Source: Candidatus Edwardsbacteria bacterium (lineage in GTDB: Bacteria > Edwardsbacteria > AC1 > JBFLXN01). Taken from it: a DNA stretch of 12,346 bases. Both the position numbers and the translations under genes were made by a program. This document shows, one piece after another, positions 1-7,834 of the stretch. The notes beneath the pieces were generated by a model that saw nothing but the letters and a program-made list of their open reading frames with translations, was not told where the DNA came from and did not search any database. The stretch covers positions 1 to 12,346 of the forward strand of contig JBFLXN010000014.1 in assembly GCA_040755715.1 (NCBI GenBank), written 5' to 3'. Numbering within the stretch: the first letter of the stretch is position 1; each line of letters starts with the position of its first letter.

Positions 1-331
1 CGAAATCCTCGGTTTTTACTAAAATTGCACCTCTTTGGATAAGCTTCGATATAATTTCATAATTTTTGCTGCCACCTTTCAGTCCCTCCTCAAGTATCTT
101 CTGGCCCATAGCCCCATCTGCAACCATTCCATCCTGATACACCTTAAAGTTAGCCACCTCTAATTTCTCAAAATATCTGGCTATTGAATCCCAGAAGCCA
201 GAGATAGTTTCTCTATGTTGCTTCCAAAACTTCTCCCCGAAACCTGCAATACCTCTTTTGTCCACCTGCCTAGCAATACTTCCAAGATCGGCACTCATGT
301 GGATGATTGGAACATAGATTAATTTTCGCAT
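1..331 (-). CDS. Hypothetical protein, N-terminal fragment (about 110 aa visible; gene continues beyond the window start)
   Basis: ATG at 331..329 on the minus strand overlaps the TAA stop (333..331) of the upstream 88-aa ORF as TAATG. I translated the frame by hand and it stays open to position 1: MRKLIYVPIIHMSADLGSIARQVDKRGIAGFGEKFWKQHRETISGFWDSIARYFEKLEVANFKVYQDGMVADGAMGQKILEEGLKGGSKNYEIISKLIQRGAILVKTEDF... No family recognised. It is absent from the ORF track because no stop falls within the window. Confidence 0.45.
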   Translation of the reverse strand, partial: MRKLIYVPIIHMSADLGSIARQVDKRGIAGFGEKFWKQHRETISGFWDSIARYFEKLEVANFKVYQDGMVADGAMGQKILEEGLKGGSKNYEIISKLIQRGAILVKTEDF

Positions 332-597
332 TATTTTCCTAATCCTTTAGCTTTTATTAAAAGTTCTGCTGTCTGTTTACGCAGGGTAGATATGGTTCTG
401 CAATTTTTACAATCCTCGTTTTTCTCATCATATTTTTCACAAGACAAAAGCATCTCCACCTCTTTCTTTAAGTGACTCGCCCTTTCGGCTTTATCAGTTA
501 CTGCCTTTGCCTCGTTGATATCGCGGGTCAATTCTTTAATGGTCCATTCCCTTTTTAGAAATATAGGGCACTTTATCTCTGGTTTTGGTTCTGCCAT
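331..597 (-). CDS. Small Cys-containing hypothetical protein (88 aa, Cys at 10, 53, 63, 66)
   Basis: ORF-track ORF. Its ATG (597..595) overlaps the TGA stop (599..597) of the upstream gene as ATGA, which indicates translational coupling. CxxC (CKNC) plus two further Cys suggest a metal site. No family recognised. Confidence 0.45.
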   Translation of the reverse strand: MAEPKPEIKCPIFLKREWTIKELTRDINEAKAVTDKAERASHLKKEVEMLLSCEKYDEKNEDCKNCRTISTLRKQTAELLIKAKGLGK

Positions 598-1598
598 CAG
601 CGTTTAACCTCTGGGATCTGTTTTTCGCTTCCTAACTTCTGCAATCTGACCTCCAATATATTATTATGGTATCTTCTCACAATTCCTTCGCTGTCAACTT
701 TTGCTGGAAGAGAAACCTCTTCATAGTAGTTAGATTCGGGAGTTTTACAAGAGACGGTAAGTCTATCTTCATCTACCCCTAATAATATATCCTCTTCCTG
801 GGCACCTTTTAATTCCATAATGATGTTTAGATGGTCGCCTTCATCAAAGATATCCAATAACAATTCCTCTTTATCTTTTTTTAATTTATCCCCTCCGATA
901 ATCCACCAGCTAAACATAACTTTCTTTCCTGTGGATTCATCAATCTTACATCTTTGGAATACTAAAACCGGAAAACCTATCAGCTCTTGAGCCGTTGGAT
1001 TAATAATATTTCTTACCCTGTGGAGAATATCCATATGATTTGGCGCATTATAGCTGTGAGCCAATTCGTCAATGGTGGCATGTCTATTTTGCCAGACAAA
1101 AAGAAGTATATTTTGGCTCTCAGGATCTAACTCTTTGGCAATCTTATCTATTCCCTCTTGATTTATTTCCAATAGGCTTCTTTCAAATATCTTATTTTTC
1201 CACATCTCTACATCTTTTACCATAATCCAGGCCTTTGAAGCAGTTGCACCGCCTTGATTTCTATAAGAGATACAAAGGGCGTCCTTACTTCTTAATGTAA
1301 AACCCCTCTGTTGAATGCTGATTCCTTTTATATTTTCTAAGGACGTCTGGAATATAATCCTCGCCGGCTGCCAAAGAAAAAGCCTCAGGTTAGTCAGGTA
1401 CAGATGCCCTGGTTTCCAGCCGCTGCGTAGATTATCTTTGTAAAAACCCGGATCGCTTAGTATAACCTCTTCATTCGCTTTTAATTCAGGCTTATTTTTC
1501 ATCTTTTCTGTAGTGTTTATAAGTAAAACCTGGATGTCTTGCACCACCGGGTTTGTTATCTTCATATTCTTTCCGTTTATATTTTGACCTTTTATCAA
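597..1598 (-). CDS. GRAM/PH-like domain + winged-helix-like segment + C-terminal Hsp20/alpha-crystallin domain fusion protein (GvpH-like small heat-shock protein, atypical architecture)
   Basis: The N-terminal region GWKPGHLYLTNLRLFLWQPARIIFQTSLENIKGISIQ matches the GRAM/bacterial-PH-like motif repeated twice in ORF 4599..5672. The middle segment NILLFVWQNRHATIDELAHSYNAPNHMDILHRV is HTH/wH-like. The C-terminal DIFDEGDHLNIIMELKGAQEEDILLGVDEDRLTVS...RRYHNNILEVRL is a clear alpha-crystallin domain. The track start at 1598 is a TTG, preceded by AGGGG 5 nt upstream. An alternative ATG at 1565 (MKITNPVV) exists. Confidence 0.7.
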   Translation of the reverse strand: MIKGQNINGKNMKITNPVVQDIQVLLINTTEKMKNKPELKANEEVILSDPGFYKDNLRSGWKPGHLYLTNLRLFLWQPARIIFQTSLENIKGISIQQRGFTLRSKDALCISYRNQGGATASKAWIMVKDVEMWKNKIFERSLLEINQEGIDKIAKELDPESQNILLFVWQNRHATIDELAHSYNAPNHMDILHRVRNIINPTAQELIGFPVLVFQRCKIDESTGKKVMFSWWIIGGDKLKKDKEELLLDIFDEGDHLNIIMELKGAQEEDILLGVDEDRLTVSCKTPESNYYEEVSLPAKVDSEGIVRRYHNNILEVRLQKLGSEKQIPEVKR

Positions 1599-1767
1599 AT
1601 TCTACCCCTGTAGAATGTATTATCTGGGCATCTTCACCAGTTGAGTATTTAACCGAATATCTTCTTCTCTTTTTTGCCCACTCATCCCAGTCCATAGCTG
1701 TGGAGTGTCTCACCTTTGTGCCGCGGCCAGTAGAATACCCTGAAGTTTTAGGTGTCTTGGATTTCAT
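1492..1767 (-). CDS. Possible small basic repeat-containing protein (91 aa); uncertain
   Basis: ATG at 1767 has AAAGGGA 5 nt upstream. Lys/Arg-rich, with internal repeats (GYSTGRG..HST / KYSTGED..HSTG). It overlaps the 5' end of the next gene by 73-107 nt depending on which start that gene uses. It may instead be untranslated leader. Confidence 0.25.
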   Translation of the reverse strand: MKSKTPKTSGYSTGRGTKVRHSTAMDWDEWAKKRRRYSVKYSTGEDAQIIHSTGVEFDKRSKYKRKEYEDNKPGGARHPGFTYKHYRKDEK

Positions 1768-1782
1768 TTATCCCTTTTTTTC

Positions 1783-2355
1783 CTATTTCCATTTCCAATT
1801 ACAGGTCTTCCAATCATCAGGCACAGAAGGATGGTCTAAAATTCCTGTTTTCCCGCCTGCGTTATCAGTCTCCTTGACTACGTCCTCCTCGTCGACTTTG
1901 GGACTTTGCGGGGCAGGGGACGGAGCTTCCTCACATGGTTCATCTTGAGAGGAATCGAGGGCTTCAGCTGCTTCTTCCTCTTCTACGACCTCTTCGAAGA
2001 CTATCCCGCATTTCGGACAAACTGTTGTGTTTTCTTTTACGGCTGTGCCACAGCTCACACATTCATATCCTTCTATCTCTTCTACTTCTTTTTTGGTCTC
2101 TTCAGTGCCCATACTACCTCCAAGTTCTTTCTCGCCCTCGCCTTCGCCCTTAACCTGTTCTTCTCCCAAGGAAGTAATCCTGTATAAAGCAAACCTACCG
2201 GGCGAAAGCCTTTCTATATACCCTTTCTCCCACAATTTTTTGCATATATCATAGGCATAATTTATTGTAACCCTTAAGTTCCCGGCAATAGTTACGGTAT
2301 TTCCCTGTTTAATTTCCTTAAATTTTTCTAAAATCTTTTTCTCGTTAGGGGTCGT
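1783..2355 (-). CDS. Winged-helix + zinc-ribbon transcriptional regulator with acidic linker and tail; start codon anomalous (ACG at the RBS-defined start site)
   Basis: The ORF track begins at a TTG (2235) that would cut a winged helix in half. Hand translation upstream stays in frame from the stop at 2361..2359 and gives KTTPNEKKILEKFKEIKQGNTVTIAGNLRVTINYAYDICKKLWEKGYIERLSPGRFALYRITSLGEEQV, a complete wH fold. A near-perfect RBS AAGGAGGT sits 6 nt before an ACG codon (2355..2353), and there is no ATG/GTG/TTG in between. Downstream come CVSCGTAVKENTTVCPKCG (a zinc ribbon) and a poly-acidic tail. Confidence 0.5.
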   Translation of the reverse strand, partial: TTPNEKKILEKFKEIKQGNTVTIAGNLRVTINYAYDICKKLWEKGYIERLSPGRFALYRITSLGEEQVKGEGEGEKELGGSMGTEETKKEVEEIEGYECVSCGTAVKENTTVCPKCGIVFEEVVEEEEAAEALDSSQDEPCEEAPSPAPQSPKVDEEDVVKETDNAGGKTGILDHPSVPDDWKTCNWKWK

Positions 2356-2405
2356 CTTTTACCTCCTTATGTTCTTGGTTATTATTCTATCCTTATGCCA
2401 ACATT

Positions 2406-2858
2406 TCAATATTCGATAGATACAGATTTCCACTTCTTTTCGGCTCTACTCCCTTTGCCTTGGCGCCCTACTTTTTCTTGAAGAGTAGTCAATCTATTGG
2501 GTCCACGATTACGAATTACCAACCACGACCCACGAGTAGGTCCAGATAATTTAATCTCGGCTCGAGAGTGAGGTCCGAGTTTTGTCTCCTCTAACACATC
2601 ACCTTCTAAGGTAAGCCTTCCATTTTCATCTATCCTGCCTTGACTTTCCATCATAGTAACTTCGAACTGTGAAAGGCGCGGGACCATGCTTTGCAGATGA
2701 TAAACAATCAAATATGGCCACCGCATGCTTCCTTTAATCCTTACTACTTTAATTCCCACTGGGCTTGCGAGATTTAATCCCGCTTCCCTTCGAATATTCG
2801 AAGGAATAGATAATCTACCCTCTTCATCAATTTCGCTAAATCCTTTTAACAGCGGCAT
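2406..2858 (-). CDS. MraZ/AbrB-type double swapped-hairpin (DxxGR-x-xP) DNA-binding protein, putative regulator
   Basis: Two copies of the AbrB/MraZ-type motif are present: [19 protein letters not shown] and [19 protein letters not shown]. The 150-aa length matches MraZ. ATG at 2858 overlaps the dnaK 3' end (stop TAG 2838..2836) by 23 nt. RBS weak. Confidence 0.5.
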   Translation of the reverse strand: MPLLKGFSEIDEEGRLSIPSNIRREAGLNLASPVGIKVVRIKGSMRWPYLIVYHLQSMVPRLSQFEVTMMESQGRIDENGRLTLEGDVLEETKLGPHSRAEIKLSGPTRGSWLVIRNRGPNRLTTLQEKVGRQGKGSRAEKKWKSVSIEY

Positions 2859-4602
2859 CTTTTGTTTCTATCTTTAGATTTCTCTTTATCCGTTTAAACG
2901 CATTATAGACAATCTCAACCAGCTTTCTTAATTCATCAATTTTTACCCTGGTCTCTTTATATTCACCCTTGGATAAAGTTGTCTTTATTGCCAGGATTAG
3001 TTTCTCTATTTTTTCTACATCTGACCTATCTATTAGACCCTCTCCTTCTTCCAGAACCATCTCTGCTGCTTGTATCATACTTTCCGCTCGAATGCCCATT
3101 TGAATCTCTTCTTTTCGCTTTTGGTCTTCCTTGGCATGAATTCGGGCATCTTCTATCATCTCGTTAATCTGGTCCTTGGTCAGCCGGGAAGAAGAACTGA
3201 TCTGGATACTTTTTTCATTATCGGTATGTAAATCCAAGGCTCTGACTTGTAAAATCCCATTGGCATCTATATGGAATGTCACCTCAATCTGAGCTTCACC
3301 CCTTCGACCGGGTGGAATATCAGTAAGCTCAAACTTACCCAGACTTATATTATCGAAGCTCAGGAATCTCTCTCCCTGCAAGACATGGATATCGACCTGA
3401 GTCTGGTTATCTTTAGCTGTCGTAAATATCTGACTGCTGGATGTAGGAATGGTGGTATTTCTTTCTATGATCTTAGCAAATATCCCTCCCTCAGTCTCAA
3501 TTCCTAAAGAAAGGGGAGTAACGTCTAACAATACCACATCTTTTATTTCCCCAATCAAGATATTGGCTTGAATTGCTGCGCCAAGAGCCACTACCTCATC
3601 CGGATTTATATCCTTATAAGGTTCTTTGCCCAGAAGCTCTCGAGCGAGCTTTTGCACAGCAGGCATTCTGGTGGAGCCTCCTACCAAAACTACCCTGTCT
3701 ATCTGGCCGGGGTTGAGCTTTGCATCAGAAAGGACCTGTTTAGTAGGCTCTATCATCTTCTCTAATAAATCCCTGGTTAGCTCTTCAAACTGCTCTCTAC
3801 TCATAGTCAGATGCAGATCCATATCTTGTATGAGAAATGGGATTCTGATATCTGCAAACCTTTTTGTGGAAAGTTCTTTTTTTGCCTTCTCTGAAGCCTC
3901 TTTCAACCGCTGTAAAGCCACCCTATTTCTTCTTACATCCACTCCATGCAACTTCTGAAAATTATCAGCCAAATAATCCATTATCCTCTGGTCCCAATCA
4001 TCTCCGCCAAGATGTGTATTTCCCCCTACTGCCTTCACCTCAAACACGCCATTGCCCAACTCTAAAATAGATACATCGAAAGTGCCTCCACCCAAATCCC
4101 ATATTAGAATATAGTGTATATCCTGCTTGTGTAAGCCGTAGGCCAGGGAAGCAGCAGTAGGTTCATTTATAATCCGCATTACCTCTAATCCGGCTAAGGC
4201 GCCTGCCTCCATAGTCGCCTGGCGCTGGTTATCATTAAAATATGCAGGAACTGTAATTACTGCTTTCTCTATTTTCTCGCCCAAATAATCTTGCGCATCT
4301 TCCTTGACCTTACGAAGGATTAAGGCCGAAATCTCTTGGGGGGTAAATTTTCTCTCGTCAATCTCTACCCCATAATCAGTGCCCATCCGACGTTTAATAG
4401 ATGCAATGGTACGTTCTGGATTTGCAACTGCCTGGGTTCTGGCAAGATTGCCTATCAGCTGCCTCCCTCCATCGGCAAAGGCAACCACTGAAGGAGTAAG
4501 CCTTCCGCCTTCAGCATTGGGTATAATCTCAGGCCTCCCATTGTTTATAAAGGCGGCTACTGAAAAGGTAGTGCCTAAATCTATTCCTATTACCTTACTC
4601 AT
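2836..4602 (-). CDS. dnaK: Hsp70 molecular chaperone DnaK (589 aa)
   Basis: The canonical N-terminus is [18 protein letters not shown]. Actin-like ATPase motifs are present: [12 protein letters not shown] and [13 protein letters not shown]. The substrate-binding domain and helical lid follow. The ATG at 4602..4600 is preferred over the track's upstream extension ([10 protein letters not shown]...). That extension overlaps the preceding gene and precedes the conserved Hsp70 start. ATGA overlap with the stop of ORF 4599..5672. Confidence 0.95.
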   Translation of the reverse strand: MSKVIGIDLGTTFSVAAFINNGRPEIIPNAEGGRLTPSVVAFADGGRQLIGNLARTQAVANPERTIASIKRRMGTDYGVEIDERKFTPQEISALILRKVKEDAQDYLGEKIEKAVITVPAYFNDNQRQATMEAGALAGLEVMRIINEPTAASLAYGLHKQDIHYILIWDLGGGTFDVSILELGNGVFEVKAVGGNTHLGGDDWDQRIMDYLADNFQKLHGVDVRRNRVALQRLKEASEKAKKELSTKRFADIRIPFLIQDMDLHLTMSREQFEELTRDLLEKMIEPTKQVLSDAKLNPGQIDRVVLVGGSTRMPAVQKLARELLGKEPYKDINPDEVVALGAAIQANILIGEIKDVVLLDVTPLSLGIETEGGIFAKIIERNTTIPTSSSQIFTTAKDNQTQVDIHVLQGERFLSFDNISLGKFELTDIPPGRRGEAQIEVTFHIDANGILQVRALDLHTDNEKSIQISSSSRLTKDQINEMIEDARIHAKEDQKRKEEIQMGIRAESMIQAAEMVLEEGEGLIDRSDVEKIEKLILAIKTTLSKGEYKETRVKIDELRKLVEIVYNAFKRIKRNLKIETKDAAVKRI

Positions 4603-5672
4603 TTGGCTACCTGGGCTATTTTCTTCTTTAACCGTGGGCTGACCCAGCCGCAGTTTACGCAACCCTTTTCTAATAGCTCTAAGGCGTTTGCCTTTTTTCC
4701 GCATTGAGGGCAGGCTTCTGTTCTTTCTCTAAATGATATGATTCGGGTAAGCGCCCTCTCCCACTCATACATTCCCTCTCCTGAAAAAGAGGCAACCTTT
4801 CTTTGAGAACCACCTTCACCCAGCCCTTGCGCGCAAGAGCTGGGTTCATATATTACGTCAAAGACCTTTTTCTTCTTTAATACCGGGCTCAAATTCCTTA
4901 CATCTATAGCAGAACCTAATATCTTTTCTGAAGGGACTTCAAAAGCCAATCTCTTTTCAAAATCATACCACCAGCATAATCTCTTATTTGTTATATACAG
5001 ATGACCGGGCTTCCAGATACCATCTGATGAGGCCATATGCCAGGCCTTGCCCTTGTGAGTAATCGTTTCTCCTTCTGTCAGGAAATCTAATGTCTCTTCC
5101 TCATATTCGGGTAGAATAAGGTTTTCATCAATTATAAGTCCGCCTAACTTTATCGCCTCTTTTATAGACTCACCTAATTTATCTATCTCCACAGACCGCA
5201 GACGCGCTAATCTATCATCCTTAAGAATAAGTAAGAGCGTATCTTCTTGTATCAAGAGCCCCTTTATCTCATCTAAAGAGGTTTGAAACATCACTTCATT
5301 AAGCTCTTGATTCATGAGCAGCAGTCTTTTATCAGTTAAATAAATCTGCCCCGGTCTCCAACTAACATAGATTCCTTTGGCATAAAAAAAAGAGCCCAAC
5401 ATCTTAAGTTTAAGCTCTTCTCCCTGGATTAAAGAAATCTCTTTTTTAGCTCTATTATCTTTTTCCCAGGCGCGAATCTTCTCATCCCATGCCTTCATCA
5501 TGCCATACTCGAGCATAGTCTCCATGCCGGCCAGGGCGGCTCTTAAATTAACACCGATTAAAGGGATGCCCGCCACAGAGATGATAATGTCAGCGTTGAT
5601 CACCAACCCCTTATCCAGGACCCTATCCAATAAATCAACCAATGTGACCCGTGCATCTCTGGTTGGCTCCAT
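4599..5672 (-). CDS. GvpA/J-family gas vesicle shell domain fused to two GRAM/PH-like domains and a C-terminal zinc ribbon (357 aa)
   Basis: N-terminal [48 protein letters not shown] is a textbook GvpA core (compare canonical [44 protein letters not shown]). Two GRAM-like units follow ([19 protein letters not shown]... and [17 protein letters not shown]...). The C-terminus [25 protein letters not shown] is a zinc ribbon nearly identical to the C-terminus of ORF 7469..7819. ATG at 5672 has AAAGGAG upstream. Confidence 0.8.
   Translation of the reverse strand: MEPTRDARVTLVDLLDRVLDKGLVINADIIISVAGIPLIGVNLRAALAGMETMLEYGMMKAWDEKIRAWEKDNRAKKEISLIQGEELKLKMLGSFFYAKGIYVSWRPGQIYLTDKRLLLMNQELNEVMFQTSLDEIKGLLIQEDTLLLILKDDRLARLRSVEIDKLGESIKEAIKLGGLIIDENLILPEYEEETLDFLTEGETITHKGKAWHMASSDGIWKPGHLYITNKRLCWWYDFEKRLAFEVPSEKILGSAIDVRNLSPVLKKKKVFDVIYEPSSCAQGLGEGGSQRKVASFSGEGMYEWERALTRIISFRERTEACPQCGKKANALELLEKGCVNCGWVSPRLKKKIAQVAK
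4819..4844. repeat. Second copy of the 26-bp palindrome (CCCAGCCCTTGCGCGCAAGAGCTGGG, 25/26 identical), in frame inside the GvpA-GRAM-ZnR gene
   Basis: On the minus strand it encodes PSSCAQGLG, between the second GRAM domain and the zinc ribbon. It is flanked by ttca.../...ttcata, as the other copy is. Confidence 0.75.
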
Positions 5673-5757
5673 ATGTCGCTTCGCTCCTTTATCAGAATTC
5701 AGAAGTCAGATTTTTCTATCCTCTGTCCTCTGTTACCTGTTTTTCTATGCTTTGGCT

Positions 5758-6549
5758 TTAGGCGAATGAGTATGGTGGCCAGGGGCCTGTAAATCGAACG
5801 ATCAACCCATTTTCTTTTTTAATCTTTTCTAAAACTTCGCCAAGCCTTTTGACATTTTCCTTAGCAACCAAACAGGATAAGTTCATGATCATCTGTAAGT
5901 TCTCATCTACTTTTTTAGCCTTATCTATATGAATATCAAAAACTTCTTTCTTTATCCGAGCATAAAAGTCCTTAAAATATTCATCGGCCTTTTTTCCCAT
6001 CTCTTTCCTTAATAGATTCTTTATCTTCTCTTCATACATATAGGCTGTGCCCGGTGGTTTAGACTTCAACTCCTCTTTCAAATTCTTAATCTCTGGGCTA
6101 TCTTCGGCTATTCTTTCAACCATAACCTTGGGATCCCATAAAATCTGGACTCCATATTCTTCTTTGCCCTTGACTTTATTTAATCTTTCTTTTAGATTCT
6201 GGTAATCTTTTTGCAGCCACTTTTTCATATTTTCTTTCGGGTCTATGCCTTCTTCGCCAATAATTATGGTATCAAATGCCAGAGGCAGGACAGTACCAAA
6301 CCTCTGCCAGGCATAATCCACTACCTTCTGGTGAGTCATTACCCAACCTTTTACAATATCTTTATCTTCTGATTCGTAGGGGTGAGGTTCACAGTTGTGA
6401 ACAACGGCTGAAATTTCCTGGTATGGAAGAGTGTAAACGTTGCTCCCATCAATTCCAATCTCACCCAGGCTTACCTTTTCGTTGCCATCAGCTATGCAGT
6501 AGAGATATATACCGTCGTTCACTTGGCTGTCTCCTTTATTTTTTCCCAT
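5758..6549 (-). CDS. gvpF: Gas vesicle protein GvpF/GvpL family
   Basis: N-terminal GIYLYCIADG is the GvpF/L YxYGx motif. The C-terminal RFTGPWPPYSFA is the hallmark GvpF/L ending. 263 aa. The start overlaps the gvpK 3' end by 31 nt. Confidence 0.88.
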   Translation of the reverse strand: MGKNKGDSQVNDGIYLYCIADGNEKVSLGEIGIDGSNVYTLPYQEISAVVHNCEPHPYESEDKDIVKGWVMTHQKVVDYAWQRFGTVLPLAFDTIIIGEEGIDPKENMKKWLQKDYQNLKERLNKVKGKEEYGVQILWDPKVMVERIAEDSPEIKNLKEELKSKPPGTAYMYEEKIKNLLRKEMGKKADEYFKDFYARIKKEVFDIHIDKAKKVDENLQMIMNLSCLVAKENVKRLGEVLEKIKKENGLIVRFTGPWPPYSFA

Positions 6550-6836
6550 CTCGTGGGATTAGCTATTTTATCTATAACATCGTTGACTATATTATCTAAA
6601 CCATCTCTCACTGATTGAACTGCCTCACCAACCCCTTGTTCCTCTTTTATATGCTCTATTGCGACGTCGAGTTCCTTAAGCGCTCTACCCAGACGTTCTA
6701 TCTCTTCTTCGTTTAGGCTTCCACCCTCCATTCGCTTTACCGCCTGAAGTTTAAGGGCATCTCTGATTATTTCAACCAAGGCAAGCACAAGGCCTAAAAC
6801 ACCGCTTTTAAGATTATCTTCATTGATATCTATCAT
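6519..6836 (-). CDS. gvpK: Gas vesicle protein GvpK
   Basis: GVLGLVLALVEIIRDALKLQAVKRMEGGSLNEEEIERLGRALKELD matches the conserved GvpK core (LxLVELLRQ...QAxRRxExGxLxxEEIERLG). ATGA overlap with the stop of the upstream Hsp20 gene. Confidence 0.85.
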   Translation of the reverse strand: MIDINEDNLKSGVLGLVLALVEIIRDALKLQAVKRMEGGSLNEEEIERLGRALKELDVAIEHIKEEQGVGEAVQSVRDGLDNIVNDVIDKIANPTRWEKIKETAK

Positions 6837-7420
6837 TTTTCTATTTTTACTTCTAAAATCCCATTCTTGTATGTTTTTTCTAGTTTTCCTTTAGATTCGC
6901 AGGGTAGTTTTAATTGCTGATGGTACTTGCGATCAGGAATATCTACTGATATTGCAAGGCTGTCTTTGACTAAATCAATTTTTATATCCTTTTCTTCAAT
7001 GCCTGGTATTTCAGCAATCACTTTAATATGATCTTCCTCATCAAAGATATCCGCTGGCCGCTCTTGAGGTGTTGGAGGGGGTGAGGGTTTTACTTCTGGT
7101 CTCTGTTTAGCAAAAGGTTTTCCTCTAAAGGCCCTTCCTCTTATGCCCGGAGGGATGCCGCCGGGGATACCCGAAGGCCTTCCTTCAGCTCTTTTCAAAG
7201 GGGCTTCTTTTATCTTACGCTCCACCTCTTTATCAACCTCCTTAAGCCTCTCTTTGAAAGCCGGGGATTTCTCCAGGCCTTTAATTAATCCCCCTAATCC
7301 GGGAATTACCTTGCCCAGACCTTTAAGTATTCCTCCTGCTACACTTTCAGATTCTTTTTCTCCCGCCTCGGGCGGGACATCCTCTGGTCGCTTTTTGTCT
7401 TTATCTTCTTTACCGGTCAT
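6833..7420 (-). CDS. gvpH: Hsp20/alpha-crystallin family protein, GvpH-like, with Gly/Pro-rich basic N-terminal region
   Basis: C-terminal ACD: DIFDEEDHIKVIAEIPGIEEKDIKIDLVKDSLAISVDIP...KTYKNGILEVKIEK. The N-terminal half is low complexity (GIPGGIPPGIRGRAFRGKPF). AAAGGTG RBS 7 nt before the ATG at 7420. Confidence 0.8.
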   Translation of the reverse strand: MTGKEDKDKKRPEDVPPEAGEKESESVAGGILKGLGKVIPGLGGLIKGLEKSPAFKERLKEVDKEVERKIKEAPLKRAEGRPSGIPGGIPPGIRGRAFRGKPFAKQRPEVKPSPPPTPQERPADIFDEEDHIKVIAEIPGIEEKDIKIDLVKDSLAISVDIPDRKYHQQLKLPCESKGKLEKTYKNGILEVKIEK

Positions 7421-7468
7421 ATTCTACACCTTTCTTTAGCTTTACTTGTTAAGCTGCTAGCTTATTTC

Positions 7469-7819
7469 TCATTCTGCCTTTATATCTTTTGCCTTGGCGC
7501 TTACCCAGCCACACCAGGGACAGCCCTCATCAAGTAATTCTTCTGCCAGAACTTTTTTGCCGCACTGTGGACAAAGTTCTTTACCCTTCATGGCTTCTTT
7601 CCAGGCTTCTGTTTCCACATTAGTCCCTGATGGAAACTCAAGGCCATACTTTGCTGCTGTCTCAAAAGAAGCCAGGGCTGCCCTTATCTTAATTCCCAAA
7701 AGCTCTACTCCGGCAACAGATATGGCGATATCCGCATTAATCACCAGGCCTTTGTCTAAAACCCGGTCTATGACATCAACCAAAGTAACACTTGCATCTT
7801 TTGTCGCTTCTATTGCCAT
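7469..7819 (-). CDS. gvpA: GvpA/J-family gas vesicle structural protein with C-terminal zinc-ribbon extension (116 aa)
   Basis: [49 protein letters not shown] is the GvpA/GvpJ core. The C-terminus is CPQCGKKVLAEELLDEGCPWCGWVS (CxxC...CxxC). Strong RBS AAGGAGG (7834..7828) sits 8 nt before the ATG at 7819. Whether this is the major GvpA or a J/M-type minor paralog cannot be decided from sequence alone. Confidence 0.85.
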   Translation of the reverse strand: MAIEATKDASVTLVDVIDRVLDKGLVINADIAISVAGVELLGIKIRAALASFETAAKYGLEFPSGTNVETEAWKEAMKGKELCPQCGKKVLAEELLDEGCPWCGWVSAKAKDIKAE

Positions 7820-7827
7820 TTCTATTG

Positions 7828-7834
7828 CCTCCTT
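7828..7834 (-). promoter_or_regulatory. Shine-Dalgarno AAGGAGG for the gvpA-family gene, embedded in the 3' end of the upstream ZnF gene
   Basis: Plus-strand cctcctt at 7828..7834 is the reverse complement of AAGGAGG. It sits 8 nt upstream of the ATG at 7819. Confidence 0.6.

Noticed and set aside
1783-2235. TTG at 2235 as the start of the wH-ZnR regulator, as drawn in the ORF track
   Set aside because: It would begin the protein in the middle of a winged helix. The upstream 40 codons are in frame, encode the HTH and are preceded by a perfect RBS. The track evidently accepts TTG/GTG as starts and picks the first one after the stop.
1040-2254. Plus-strand ORFs 1040..1225, 1553..1948, 1906..2187, 1935..2153 and 2027..2254
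   Set aside because: All lie entirely inside stronger minus-strand genes. Their products are low-complexity (Leu/Ser/Phe-rich), have no recognisable motifs and lack RBSs. They are shadow ORFs on the antisense of coding sequence.
4603-4704. N-terminal extension of DnaK in the ORF track ([34 protein letters not shown])
   Set aside because: The conserved Hsp70 N-terminus [12 protein letters not shown] begins at the ATG at 4602. The extension overlaps the C-terminal coding region of the preceding gene. The ATGA stop-start overlap at 4599..4602 is the typical coupled arrangement.
2449-7500. Shared 10-mer gccttggcgc at about 2454 and about 7492
   Set aside because: It is too short, and the flanks do not align. 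This is a chance match, not a repeat-family member.
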